Shown in pieces: positions 29,678 through 40,400 of a stretch of 58,070 bases of DNA. Position numbers and translations under genes: made by a program. Below the pieces are notes generated by a model. That model saw only the letters and a list, made by a program, of their open reading frames with translations, ran no database searches and was not told where the DNA came from. Numbering within the stretch: the stretch's first letter is position 1; each line of letters starts with the position of its first letter. Location: assembly GCA_021808105.1 (NCBI GenBank), contig JAKBCC010000002.1, forward strand, positions 1-58,070, written 5' to 3'. This DNA is from Planctomycetota bacterium (lineage in GTDB: Bacteria; Planctomycetota; Phycisphaerae; WQYP01).

Positions 29678-30996
29678 ATTGGCCTTTGCTGATTATCGGC
29701 GTTTCTTTAGCGGGCACGTTGCCCGCGTCTACGCTGGCGTATGCCCTGCGTGCAATGTCGCGCGTCACGCTGGAAAAAGAATTAATTAAACGCGGGCGGC
29801 AGGCCGGCTTGGATCAGCTCAATGACCAGCGGGAAAATCTCGCGTTAACGGCATCCATTGTCCGCATCGGCTTTAATGTAGCTTTGGCCGCCGCCACGCT
29901 GTACATGTTCAGCGGTGCCGCTGCGCCGGATCAGTCCCCGCTGCGATTTTCCCTCGCCGCTGCGCTGGCCGGCGTGCTATTGCTGATTTTTTCAGTGGCG
30001 ATACCCAATGCGTGGGCTATCTATGGCGGGGAAAGTCTCATCGCTGCAACCTGGCCGGTGCTGCGTGTCGTCAGCGTTCTAGCGACTCCGCTGGTTGATT
30101 TCCTGAAATTATTTGATGAACTGGTGCGACGGTTGGCCGGCATTGACCCGCGGCAACACGCCGATGAGGAAGTTGCCGAAACCACCGAAGAAATTCTTGC
30201 CGCCGTCTCCGAAGGCACCGCCGAGGGCGCGGTGGATGATGAGCAGCGGAAAATGATTGAGGGCATTATCAGTTTCCGTGATTTACAGGTGGGGCAGATC
30301 ATGATGCCCCGCACGGATATGATTACCATCAGTATCACGGAGCCGCTGGACAAAATCCGCGACAAAATTTTACGCGACGGACTTTCCCGTCTGCCGGTCC
30401 ATGACGGCAATCTGGATAATATCGTCGGCATTCTTTACGCTAAAGATCTGCTGCAGTTTTTGGGTACCTCATCCGCTGACGCCGGCACACCGGAAATTCG
30501 TAAACTCATGCGACCGCCGCTGTTTGTTCCGCATTCCAAACCCCTGCGTGATCTGTTGCGGCAATTCCGCGCTCAACGGGTTCACATTGCCATTGTGCTG
30601 GATGAATTCGGAGGTACCGCCGGGCTGATTACCAGCGAGGACATCCTTGAAGAAATTGTTGGAGACATTGCCGATGAATATGAAAAGCTACCCGCATCGC
30701 AAATCCGCCGCCTGGATGACCGCACCGTGGAAGTGGATGGGCGCACCAATATTACCGACTTGAACCGCGAGCTTGACTGTCAACTGCCGGAGAATCAGGA
30801 TTATCAAACCATCAGCGGTCTGGTCATTCATGAGTTAGGCACGATTCCCGGCAAAGGTGCCGGGGTCACTATTGAAAATATCACTATCACTGTTACGGAA
30901 AGCGATGTTCGCCGAATCAAAAAAGTTGTACTCCAACTGCCCCGGCAGGCAGAACACACAGCCGAGATCGTCACGCCGGAGCCTCAGGCCACGTGA
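29674..30996 (+). CDS. corC: CNNM/CorC/TlyC-family transporter (DUF21 + CBS pair + CorC_HlyC)
   Basis: Four N-terminal TM helices, IMMPRTDMITI, two CBS modules, HIAIVLDEFGGTAGLITSEDILEEIVGDI, and a C-terminal transporter-associated domain. Confidence 0.85.
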   Translation: MNWPLLIIGVSLAGTLPASTLAYALRAMSRVTLEKELIKRGRQAGLDQLNDQRENLALTASIVRIGFNVALAAATLYMFSGAAAPDQSPLRFSLAAALAGVLLLIFSVAIPNAWAIYGGESLIAATWPVLRVVSVLATPLVDFLKLFDELVRRLAGIDPRQHADEEVAETTEEILAAVSEGTAEGAVDDEQRKMIEGIISFRDLQVGQIMMPRTDMITISITEPLDKIRDKILRDGLSRLPVHDGNLDNIVGILYAKDLLQFLGTSSADAGTPEIRKLMRPPLFVPHSKPLRDLLRQFRAQRVHIAIVLDEFGGTAGLITSEDILEEIVGDIADEYEKLPASQIRRLDDRTVEVDGRTNITDLNRELDCQLPENQDYQTISGLVIHELGTIPGKGAGVTIENITITVTESDVRRIKKVVLQLPRQAEHTAEIVTPEPQAT

Positions 30997-31131
30997 TTAT
31001 TTTCCGCGTTTCAATGGCGAATACATTCTCGCGTGCAAGGGCGGATCGTGCGATGACCAACGCGTGATTCTTTTTCGGTATGATAATATCTTTGGCCCGC
31101 GGATCGGTTAGACTGTGGAAAAAGGAACCGC

Positions 31132-31719
31132 ATGACCCGTAATAGAGCAATCAAACGTCCCAATCGCAACGAAACTTCTGTGCTGCGGAATAAGCCCACC
31201 GCCCCGTCGCGGCCTGATCCGCAAACGCTGGAAATTGTCATCTGGCCTGCACCCGTGCTGACCCAACGGGCCCAGGATGTGGGAACGATCGACGCGTGGC
31301 TGTTACAGGTCATTGAGCGCATGAAGCACCTGATGGAATCCCATGAGGGCGTGGGATTGGCGGCACCGCAGGTCGGGTTGCCGTTGCGCCTGTTTGTGAT
31401 GGCGGAAAAAGCCAAAGCCGAGCAGGCCGTTGCCGTCATTAATCCTGTGCTGGAATTAGATTCGCAAACCGAAGAAGCGGAGGAAGGGTGCCTGTCCCTG
31501 CCGGGAATTCGCGGGCAAATCATGCGGGCGAAAAAGATCACCCTTTCGGGATATGATGTCAAGGGTGAGCCAATTTCCATGCCGCTGGAAGGATTTCCCG
31601 CGCGCATTGCACAGCATGAAAACGACCACCTTGACGGCGTGCTGATCATCTCCCGCATGGCCCCCACCGCGCGAATCGCCATTGGTAAAAAGCTGCGCGA
31701 ATTGACCAAGCTATCATGA
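31132..31719 (+). CDS. def: Peptide deformylase (with about 30-aa basic N-terminal extension)
   Basis: The three PDF motifs are present: GVGLAAPQVG, EGCLSLPG and QHENDHLDG. Confidence 0.92.
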   Translation: MTRNRAIKRPNRNETSVLRNKPTAPSRPDPQTLEIVIWPAPVLTQRAQDVGTIDAWLLQVIERMKHLMESHEGVGLAAPQVGLPLRLFVMAEKAKAEQAVAVINPVLELDSQTEEAEEGCLSLPGIRGQIMRAKKITLSGYDVKGEPISMPLEGFPARIAQHENDHLDGVLIISRMAPTARIAIGKKLRELTKLS

Positions 31720-31720
31720 G

Positions 31721-31918
31721 GACTTCAGCGACCTGTCGTTTCCGGCTGTAGCGCAGGCTCTGTCGCGCCTGGCCCGCAGCGGCCGGATTGAGCGCCTGAG
31801 CAAGGGTACCTACTACCGCTGGCGACAAACCCGCTTTGGTAGAAGCCGCCCTGATCCAACACTCATTCGACAACTCGCATCCCGGCGGAACAGCATTTTT
31901 TCTTCCGGTTTCACGGTT
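31721..31918 (+). pseudogene. Fragment of an AbiEi/DUF6088-like antitoxin (no start codon, truncated)
   Basis: The frame reads DFSDLSFPAVAQALSRLARSGRIERLSKGTYYR...FGRSRPDPTLIRQLA. This matches the central part of DUF6088/AbiEi-type proteins. It begins directly after the def stop without an ATG and ends prematurely. Confidence 0.4.
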
Positions 31919-31983
31919 TGATGTTGGACTGCTGGCCGGCCCGCCCAATGCCCGGTCCTGGCACGCCAAGGAGCGCCGACGAC

Positions 31984-32103
31984 ATGAAACTCTTTGAGCA
32001 TCCGGATTTTGAACAAGCCGTGCCTGGTGCCCACTCGCATTTTCGTGGTCGTGGTTTACGGCAGGTTCAGCGTCGCTTCACGACGATCCAAAATCTCCTG
32101 TGA
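31984..32103 (+). pseudogene. N-terminal stub of an AbiEii-type nucleotidyltransferase toxin
   Basis: MKLFEHPDFEQAVPGAHSHFRGRGL resembles the HPDFxxaIxxaaxxxGl start of AbiEii/AbiGii toxins. The expected EKDY motif is missing and the frame stops after 39 aa. Confidence 0.3.
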
Positions 32104-32173
32104 TACCCGGTGGGAACAGGGCTTGCCATGGGGTGGACGGGGAAACGGATTTTCCCGATGTTGCGTCCCGTGA

Positions 32174-34003
32174 TTATTCAGGGCGCGTGGCAGGACTTAT
32201 GGCACCGCGAACTGCCTGCAACACAAACAGGGTTTGAATATAGTGACCGTCGTTGATGCGATCGATAATTCTGATTTTGCGATGGGTCTGGCGGGCAATG
32301 GAAGTAACTTGCCGGGCAAAGACGCCTTCATCCCGCGTGAGAATGTAGAGGCGATGCGGACTGTGTTCTGCGATGGCGGTCAGTTGGGCGGGAGTTTTCA
32401 TCGGTAGAATTTCATCGGCATAATACAACACCCCCAGCCACATTCGGTCCCCCATGAGTGTATAAATCCGATGGCCCTGAACTACGGCCATCATTTGCCG
32501 GGTTGCCGCGCGATAGCGGCTGATCTGATATCCTTTGCCATCCACGTAAGCCCAGTTCATCGCCAGCATAAATAGCCAACCCGCCAGCGCATATATCCAG
32601 AAAGCACGCTCAAACCGGCGACTGAATTCCCAACGCCACAGTACCACTCCCATGGCCATGACCAGCAGCGCTACGGCCGCCCAGCCAACAGGAGTCAACG
32701 CTGCCAATCCGGGCTTAAGCAAGGATGCGGCCTGCAGGGCGGTCCAATGGCCGGGAAAATTTGCGGATGGGTGCTGCGCCAGCATGACAACAGGAATGAG
32801 AATTAACACCAGCACACCGGCCCCAATGAACATGATGCTTTGTGCGGCCAGAAGAATTTTTGCCGGTGGTTCCAAGTCCAAATCTTTTTTCAACCGGGAA
32901 AATTCCTGCCACAGTGCGCCAATCAGCAGCGCCGCAAAGGGGAAATTCTGGAGGGCATAGCGCTGCTTTTTTTGTGCCGGAATCGTCAGAAAAATCAGGC
33001 CCAGCACCAGGACGATCCAGAACATCCAGCGACTGCGGCGTTCCTGCGGTGTCGGGGGCGGATCAGATTGTGTGGGCAAAAACGGTAATGCCAGGCCGGC
33101 GATCAAGGCTGGTGTCCAGGGAAAGACCCATGCGATCATCGCCAGATAATACCATCGCGTATCGGGCAGCACGCTGACATAGCGGCGAAATTGCCGGGTC
33201 CAGATATCCCAGGCGCTTCCGCCATATTCAGTGTGATACCGTACGGTTACGGCAACAAGCCAGGGGGCGAACACCGCAATAGAAACAATCAGTGCCAGAA
33301 GAATGCCCAGCCAGCAGCGGCTGTTTTTGCGATGCTCCCACAGCAGCCAGAAGCCGAAGGGCACCAGCACGTACATCGGCGGCACCGGCCCCTTGCTTAA
33401 TACGGCCAGCCCCAGCGCGACGCCGCCCAATCCGGACCAGACCCACCAGCGTTTGGGATATTCAGCTGCGGCCAGCAATCCTAAAAATCCCAGCGTGGTA
33501 AAGGCTGTCCCGTAAATATCATAAGACGCCATCCGAGCCTGCCGGATGAACACCACCATAGAAGCCAGGGCAATGGCGGCCAACAATCCCAACCGCCGAT
33601 CACGGGAGGTCACACACCCGATGCCATAGGTAGCCCAGCAGGTAACCAAACCCAGCAAAACCGAGGGCAGGCGAACCACCCACAGGTTGTCGGTATGAAA
33701 CAGCATCGCCAGGGCGGCAGGTATCCAAACCGGCAGCGGCGGCTTTTCCAGCCGCGGCATGCCGCCGAGCGTGGGAATCAGCCAGTGGCCATCACGATAC
33801 GCTTCGCGGATGGGCACCAGATTAAACAATTCCATCATCGCGGTGGCTTGGCCGTGACCCAATAATTCCAGGAACAGCGGTAGTGCGAAAGCGGTGATAA
33901 TCGCCAGGGCAGCCCAGTGCGGAATATTCCAATCTGCGGCCGTCACCATATTGTCCGTAGAGTTGGCGGAGTGAGAGTTGGAACTGGAAGGTGTTTCGTT
34001 CAT
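32174..34003 (-). CDS. ArnT/PMT-like glycosyltransferase (GT39/GT83 fold, about 13 TM)
   Basis: GGMPRLEKPPLPVWIPAAL is the characteristic first-loop motif. The protein is polytopic, and its start overlaps the stop of the upstream GT2 gene by 4 nt. Confidence 0.75.
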   Translation of the reverse strand: MNETPSSSNSHSANSTDNMVTAADWNIPHWAALAIITAFALPLFLELLGHGQATAMMELFNLVPIREAYRDGHWLIPTLGGMPRLEKPPLPVWIPAALAMLFHTDNLWVVRLPSVLLGLVTCWATYGIGCVTSRDRRLGLLAAIALASMVVFIRQARMASYDIYGTAFTTLGFLGLLAAAEYPKRWWVWSGLGGVALGLAVLSKGPVPPMYVLVPFGFWLLWEHRKNSRCWLGILLALIVSIAVFAPWLVAVTVRYHTEYGGSAWDIWTRQFRRYVSVLPDTRWYYLAMIAWVFPWTPALIAGLALPFLPTQSDPPPTPQERRSRWMFWIVLVLGLIFLTIPAQKKQRYALQNFPFAALLIGALWQEFSRLKKDLDLEPPAKILLAAQSIMFIGAGVLVLILIPVVMLAQHPSANFPGHWTALQAASLLKPGLAALTPVGWAAVALLVMAMGVVLWRWEFSRRFERAFWIYALAGWLFMLAMNWAYVDGKGYQISRYRAATRQMMAVVQGHRIYTLMGDRMWLGVLYYADEILPMKTPAQLTAIAEHSPHRLYILTRDEGVFARQVTSIARQTHRKIRIIDRINDGHYIQTLFVLQAVRGAISPATRPE

Positions 34004-35082
34004 GCCGGCCCAATATGATCATGCGAATGTCTTAGTTGCAGCAGCGGCTTGCCGGGCCGCCCACGCCAGACCTGCTGCCCGTGACGGATTTCCCGCACGG
34101 TATACACGGGCTTACGTTGAGCTTCGAAATACACCCGCGAAATCAGCTCGGCCAGCAGTCCGGTGGAAAAAAACATCAGCGCCATCATAAACAGCATGGC
34201 ACCCAGAATCAGCAGCGGCCCGTGCGTCGTAAGAATGCTGTAACCGCGAATTTTTTCATAAATTAAAAATAGACCAATCAGAAAAGATCCCGCCAGAGAA
34301 ATTAAGCCGATTTTCCCAAATAAATGCAGCGGCCGCGTGAGATAACTGTTGAGGAATTTAATCGTCAACAAGTCCAGCATCACGCGAAAGGTCCTGCCGA
34401 TTCCATAATTGGACGGGCGATAGGGGGCGTTAATATTTTTAATGGGCACTTCGGCAATAGTGGCACCGGCCATGGCCGCCAGAGCCGGGATAAAGCGGTG
34501 CGAATCACCATACAGATTCAGGTGCTCAATAAGATCGCGGCGGTAGGCTTTGAACGTGGTACCGAAGTCATGAATCTCCACCCCCGATATTTTTCGGATC
34601 AGCCAATTGGCGGTTTTGCTGGGTATACGCCGGAGAAAAAGGCCGTCAGCCCGGCGTTGCCGCCAGCCGGAAACGACATCATAGCCTTCCTCAATTTTGG
34701 TAATGAATTTCGGAATTTCATCCGGGTCGTGCTGTAAATCACCGTCCATGGCGATAATGATCTCCCCGCGGGCATGGTCAAACCCGGCCGCCAGTGCGGG
34801 CGTTTGTCCAAAGTTTCGCCGCAACCGAATGACCAGCACATGTTCATCGGTCTGCCCCAGGCTGCGTAGCTTGTCATAGGTTGAATCGGAGCTGCCGTCA
34901 TCAATAAAAATAATCTCGTAAGGCTTTCCCAGCGCGGAAAAGTTACGCGTCAGGGCGGCGTAAAGCTCGGCGACGGAGGCCTCTTCGTTATACATGGGAA
35001 CAACCATGGAATAATAGGGCTGCGGCGTGACATGCTGCCAATCTGTCGGCGGGGGAGCCAATTGTGTTGAAATCATTTCCAT
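34000..35082 (-). CDS. GT2 polyprenyl-phosphate glycosyltransferase (ArnC/DPM1-like) with C-terminal TM helices
   Basis: YSMVVPMYNEE, IIFIDDGSSD, AMDGDLQHDP, and two C-terminal hydrophobic helices. Confidence 0.85.
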   Translation of the reverse strand: MEMISTQLAPPPTDWQHVTPQPYYSMVVPMYNEEASVAELYAALTRNFSALGKPYEIIFIDDGSSDSTYDKLRSLGQTDEHVLVIRLRRNFGQTPALAAGFDHARGEIIIAMDGDLQHDPDEIPKFITKIEEGYDVVSGWRQRRADGLFLRRIPSKTANWLIRKISGVEIHDFGTTFKAYRRDLIEHLNLYGDSHRFIPALAAMAGATIAEVPIKNINAPYRPSNYGIGRTFRVMLDLLTIKFLNSYLTRPLHLFGKIGLISLAGSFLIGLFLIYEKIRGYSILTTHGPLLILGAMLFMMALMFFSTGLLAELISRVYFEAQRKPVYTVREIRHGQQVWRGRPGKPLLQLRHSHDHIGPA

Positions 35083-35161
35083 ATTAACTCCTGCCGGAAT
35101 CTGCCGGCAGGTCCTTCAATTCACGCCGGGCCGTTTTCACTGGCCGCACAGATTATAAACC

Positions 35162-36007
35162 TTACTGACTGCGTTGGACATGCGCATAGTAGGCAGTGTT
35201 AAAGTCGCTGCGGCCGGCACGGCGGGCATCGGGAAGCAGGCTTCCGATGTACACGACCTTCCGCCGCAGAGCGATGGCCGCCGCCCCGGCACGGTGTTTA
35301 AAGCCACGCACCGAAATTACGCATTTGAAATTTTGCGGGCCATTTTCAATCGTGACGCTGACCCCGTGCCTGGCAATAAACCCGGCGGCATGTTGCGCAT
35401 ATCGGGGCAGCGTGGTCAAAATAACCAGATACCACCGATTTGGGGAACGAACAACCTGCGATGCGGGCACTACCCGGCCGCCGGATACGCGGCGCGTTGG
35501 TTTTGCGGGTGCCGGTGCCGGCGTTGAACCAGTATAATTAAAGGGCAGTAGCTGCGGCTGCACAAGCCCCGGCGTCGGCGTGCCAGGGGTTATGGCCACG
35601 GGTTGCAGCGGCTGACGTGCGGCGTGATGGCTGGTGGAAATAATGATGATCACAGCTAGAATCAGTGCCACAGCCCCTGCAATCACCACCAGTATCCAGG
35701 GACGGAAGCGGGCAAGGATCTGGTCCAGCAGAACGGGGTCCGCAGACGACGGCGATCCGGAGGCTGGAATCTGCGATTCCGCTTTTGCCGCTGAGGCGGC
35801 CGGAAAAAGCGACGCTCTGGTCGGCGGCGGCCGGATTGAACCGGTGGCCGGTATGCGCAACGGCGTGCGATTATTCATGGAGGGTGTGGATTCCACCGTC
35901 GGAGGCTTGGGCATCGCCGCAGGAGTCTCCTTTTTAGGGGTTTTCTGGGCCGTCCTGCCCAACACTTCATAGAGAGTGGCGGCATCTTTTTTTCTATTTG
36001 TCGCCAT
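35162..36007 (-). CDS. Membrane-anchored Pro-rich protein with SPOR-like C-terminal domain (weak)
   Basis: Single TM helix (WILVVIAGAVALILAVIIII), a Pro/Thr-rich linker, and a C-terminal roughly 90 aa with an alternating beta/alpha pattern (WYLVILTT...VSVTIENG...CVISVRGF). The start was chosen at MATNRKKD; the ORF is open to 36115. Confidence 0.35.
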   Translation of the reverse strand: MATNRKKDAATLYEVLGRTAQKTPKKETPAAMPKPPTVESTPSMNNRTPLRIPATGSIRPPPTRASLFPAASAAKAESQIPASGSPSSADPVLLDQILARFRPWILVVIAGAVALILAVIIIISTSHHAARQPLQPVAITPGTPTPGLVQPQLLPFNYTGSTPAPAPAKPTRRVSGGRVVPASQVVRSPNRWYLVILTTLPRYAQHAAGFIARHGVSVTIENGPQNFKCVISVRGFKHRAGAAAIALRRKVVYIGSLLPDARRAGRSDFNTAYYAHVQRSQ

Positions 36008-36153
36008 GCAACACCTCGAAAATTCGCCAGCCTGAAAATTCGTGCCAGTCGGATATAGCGTAATGTATCGGGCCGGAGCGGTAACTACAATCGCCGGAGT
36101 GAATATTTTTTTCAATTCCCCCGTTCAATAAATCAAGTATCATGGAATAACCA

Positions 36154-37398
36154 ATGGCAATGGAATATCTGATGACCCTGTTTTTTCTTCATCCTGAACT
36201 GCTGTTTCTTCCGGCGCTGGTCGCCGCAGGAGGCTGGTTTCTGCTGCCTCGAAGGGGAATCACTGAGCACCCATTTACCATACTGGAATTCTGGCCGGAG
36301 GAATCCTATAAGGTTGCGGGCCGGTGGAATGCAACGCCGGATTGGCCATGGATATTGATTCTCATAGCGGCGGTGCTTGCGGCATTGGCATTATGTTCAC
36401 CGCGTCTGCAAACGGCCAAGCTGAAACACCCAGCCGCACCAAGCGTAACGCTCCACGCCGTGGGCCGGAGCATTCCGCAGGACACCCGAACTCTGGATGT
36501 GTTTATTCAGGGTCGCAATATTCCGCGCGGTTCTGATTACCAGGTCATCCTGACCGGGGGCGGGCAAATCCTGCAACGGACGGTATCCGCGGAAGCGTTG
36601 AAAGCAGGAATCGACATTTCTCCGCTTAGGGCGACTCCCACCATTACCATCGTGGTTAAGCATAATCATCGTGTCATCGCCCAGGAAATATTGCTGCACA
36701 TTTCAATGGTCAGGATCATTGCCGGGCATTTTATCGGCACACCGCCAACCGCGTTTCTGCGGCTCTTTGCGGCCCTGCCGCAGGTGACTCTGCACGGCAA
36801 CGCGACCGATCGCAGCATCTGGATCGTTCATCAGGGCCGCTTTAACCCGCGCATCCTGCACGGCGTTTCCAACAGCACCATTGTTCTACTGGGTCCGACG
36901 CCTGGCCCGGGGCTGTCACCGCGCGCGGAAATGACTCTGCACCCAAGCACTCCCCTGACCGCACTAAATCATCACGGGTTCATGCACGCGGTAGTTCTTT
37001 CCGGTGTGATGGTGCGGAAACTTTTTACAGCGCGATTGGATTCGCATTGGGAAAGCCTTATCACCATTCAAGGCCGCCCCTGGCTGGCGGAACGGAATGA
37101 TGCGACCCATGGGCAAACGTGGCTGTGGGTTGCCGGGCCAATGGATTGGACCACCTGGCCGGATCATGCTTCTTTTGTAATTTTTTTCGCCAATGTCCTG
37201 GCACATCTGCAAAATACGGCCGGCGCGGACACGCCGGGCAACTGGTGGAGGGCCGCCGCCTCACCGACACCGCGCATACCGCACCGGCCAACGGTTGCAC
37301 GACGGTCAACGAATCTTAATATGGCTCTTGCCGTTCTGGCATGCGCCTGTCTGCTTATGGCAACAGCGCCGCTGGCATGGCGCACCCGGACCGCATAA
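36154..37398 (+). CDS. Membrane protein with BatA-type N-terminal double-TM anchor
   Basis: LFFLHPELLFLPALVAAGGWFLLPRR resembles the aerotolerance BatA N-terminal domain. A C-terminal TM helix is present. Confidence 0.45.
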   Translation: MAMEYLMTLFFLHPELLFLPALVAAGGWFLLPRRGITEHPFTILEFWPEESYKVAGRWNATPDWPWILILIAAVLAALALCSPRLQTAKLKHPAAPSVTLHAVGRSIPQDTRTLDVFIQGRNIPRGSDYQVILTGGGQILQRTVSAEALKAGIDISPLRATPTITIVVKHNHRVIAQEILLHISMVRIIAGHFIGTPPTAFLRLFAALPQVTLHGNATDRSIWIVHQGRFNPRILHGVSNSTIVLLGPTPGPGLSPRAEMTLHPSTPLTALNHHGFMHAVVLSGVMVRKLFTARLDSHWESLITIQGRPWLAERNDATHGQTWLWVAGPMDWTTWPDHASFVIFFANVLAHLQNTAGADTPGNWWRAAASPTPRIPHRPTVARRSTNLNMALAVLACACLLMATAPLAWRTRTA

Positions 37399-37442
37399 CC
37401 TCAACCGGAAAAAGACTACCATCCATGAACGCACAGGCGCTG

Positions 37443-40400
37443 TCAATGCCCAAACAGGCTGTGCAGATTATTGATGATGCCGGGCGCGTTTTTAAGCGTA
37501 TTGCCCAGATCATTGCCGATATTCTTCAGCGGTTTAGCGCTTAAATGCAGTTGCGGCTTGCTGGTGGTGCCGTCAATACTTAACGGGATGGGAAGGGTAA
37601 TCCCGGCCCCGGTGATATTTACATCCTGATGCAGGCTTTGATCCAAACCCACCCATCCGGAGAAGTCCATTCCAAAACTGACCAGCAGCACCTGGAGATT
37701 CTGATAATAGATTTTCCCCTTTTTGAGATCAAATGTTGTCGGACGAATGCCGCTGTCTTTCATCACCATGCCTGATCCGCCGTTGCTTATCAGCGGCCCC
37801 ATACTGCTTCCGATCATGGAAAACAGCGGAGAATCAGAGGAAATATGCGTAGCGCTGACGGTGCCGGTGAGCGTCCCTGTTTTTTTAAGCTGTGCGAATG
37901 CCAGCGGCAGTGTCGCCTTCTGCAACTGCAGATTGACTAATCCGGAAAGCTGCACGCCCCCGGAACCGTTTCCACCGCCCCACGCCAACGGCAGGAAATT
38001 CAGCAAGCTTCCACCCATGGCTTCATTCATGTGCACCTGATTCACCAGCGACAGGCTGTGGGTAAGAATATATTCCGGCGAAGCGAGATTAAAATCAATA
38101 TGTCCGCCCGTGTTGAGTGTCCCTTTATTGGCAGGTATCGCGCTGGGGATTAATTGCAGAATACCGCTGGATTGAACAAATGGAATTTTGCCAGGCCCAA
38201 GGGTCAGGCCGTCGATGGCAATTTTATCAAATCCTAACGACGTCCGGCCGATGACCAGCTTACGCAACTGGCGCAGACCCTGGTCTGCCGTAAGTTGACC
38301 GGTAATTTGCAATTTCATGGTGTGCTGGCCCGCCATGGTCAACCCGGCGGGCAGCATGGGGCCAAGCAACGCCTGGATTCGCGCCAGATCGTAGCTGAAC
38401 TCGCCCTGAATGTTTTCCGGTGATTTATACGACCATGCTATCACGCTGCCTTTGTTAAGTTGAATGGTATTACCGCCGGAACCTGTCACGGCGTGCTCTG
38501 ATACGGTGCAGTCATTCAGACATGTAAATGTCGTAGCGACTGGATTAAGCAAACCGGAAACCGCCAACGCCAGATTATCCGGCGGCAGATTGGCACTGGC
38601 ACCGGGAATAACGAGTTGGTAATTGTTCACGCCGCCGCGAATCGTGAGGCTGACCGAGGAACTTGGAGGTGTTGCTGATCCTGCAGTCTCCGCCGCCCCT
38701 TGAAGCGCCAAAGCCCCTTGAAGTTTTGCGCCGCTCTTCAGTTTTCCCAATGCTTCCAATAAAGGCGCAAATTTCTTGAGATCGGCATGGAGGCTGAACG
38801 CCGGAACTGTTGCCGTCATGGATGCACCGGTTTGCAACGTCATAGGCTTTGAAACACTTAAATCCATGGCTCCATCGGACGTGTTCATTGCCAGAGAGGA
38901 AATATTTATATGTGTCGCTTTGCCCAGCAACGCCTGACATGCCATATCCAGGGTTAATTTTGGTTCCATAAATTCTGCGGTAGAGGCCTTGGGTGCGGTA
39001 TTACGGAAGCTTAGATTATCCATTTCCAGATGCAATTTGGATATCTTCACAGAACCCGGCTTATATGCTGCCGTAATGACCGAATTCGTGACCGTTCCGC
39101 CAAGATCATCGTGTGCCGGCACCGGAGAAAACATGGCGACCATCTTCATCACAGCAGGCAGATTGATGGCGGCAATATGGACTTGCGCCAAAGGCACAGC
39201 CCACCCAGCGGAAATTTTTTGTACATCCACGTTGCTGCGGGGAATGCTGATTTCCCCACTTTGAATACTAAAGGTGCTGTTAGCACCGGTAATGGCACCG
39301 TGCGGCGAAAGCAGTGTTCCAGCGGAATGGATCTTCACCGCAGGCTCGGTGATCACCGGCCGGCCCTGTCCCAGCCCCAGGGCCACGCTGTTAAGCGCCA
39401 CGCTGAGATGATAGGGAATTTTCTGCGCGAATATATCCGCCGTCGTCGCGTTGACATCCAACGTGCCGGCCACACTGCGGCCCTTAAGTGCGACAAAAGG
39501 AGCCGCCTCCTGCACCAGATTGGCCAGCACCGCCTGCATGCTTAAAGCGTATGATCCATGGTTTTGTCCGGTCACCAGAACATTTAACTGCGGCGTACTT
39601 TCCGGCCTGCCGGTTGCGGTTGCCGCCTGATCCAGCATACCTTTAACCAGATTCCACTTAGCACTGGAGCGCTGAAATTGAGCCCCCAGCACCACCGGAT
39701 TGATGATAAACGGCGTTTTTTTCCATGTGCCGCGCAAATCAGTCAGCGACAGCGTCTCCCGGCCCGTCGATTGCTTGCCCGTGCTGGTTAAATCACCCTG
39801 TAGACTCATCGTGCCGTGCCGCAACCGCAGCGCCAGTTTTCCCAGGCCCAGCGTGTTACGAAAGCTTGATGCGAACCATCCAAGATTGCAATAGCTGCTT
39901 ACATGAAGAGCCGATGCACCCCAGTTAGCTTGATTATTCTGGATGGCTTTAAGTTCCGCCAAGGTGGCATTACCGGATAAGAGCATACGCAGATTCGTTG
40001 ATTGCAGCCCCACGGAAGCAACATGAAACCGATTTCCTTTCCATGAAATATCCAACGGCAGCGTCACGGTGCCCATTTGCGGCCGGTCAGACTTCAACAA
40101 CGTGCCGCCTATCGCGCAGTTGATAATGGTCAAAGGTCCGGAAATTTTCCCTATGCCCGCCTCAGGGGCGTTGACAGAAATTTTCCCGTTCACCACGCCA
40201 TGAAATACGATAGACTTACTGGTGCGCGGTAAAATCTGGTCAATGGCGGTCAGATTCAAATGACTCACCAGCAATTTAAGTTTGCCGGTAAGCTGATTCA
40301 GGGGGAGAATTTTCCCATTTTTTATGGCTGTTAAATCCGCTACCAGGGAAAAGTCCGCCGGCTTGGCGTTTGCCTGGGCAATGTGCAGATGAACTGCGGC

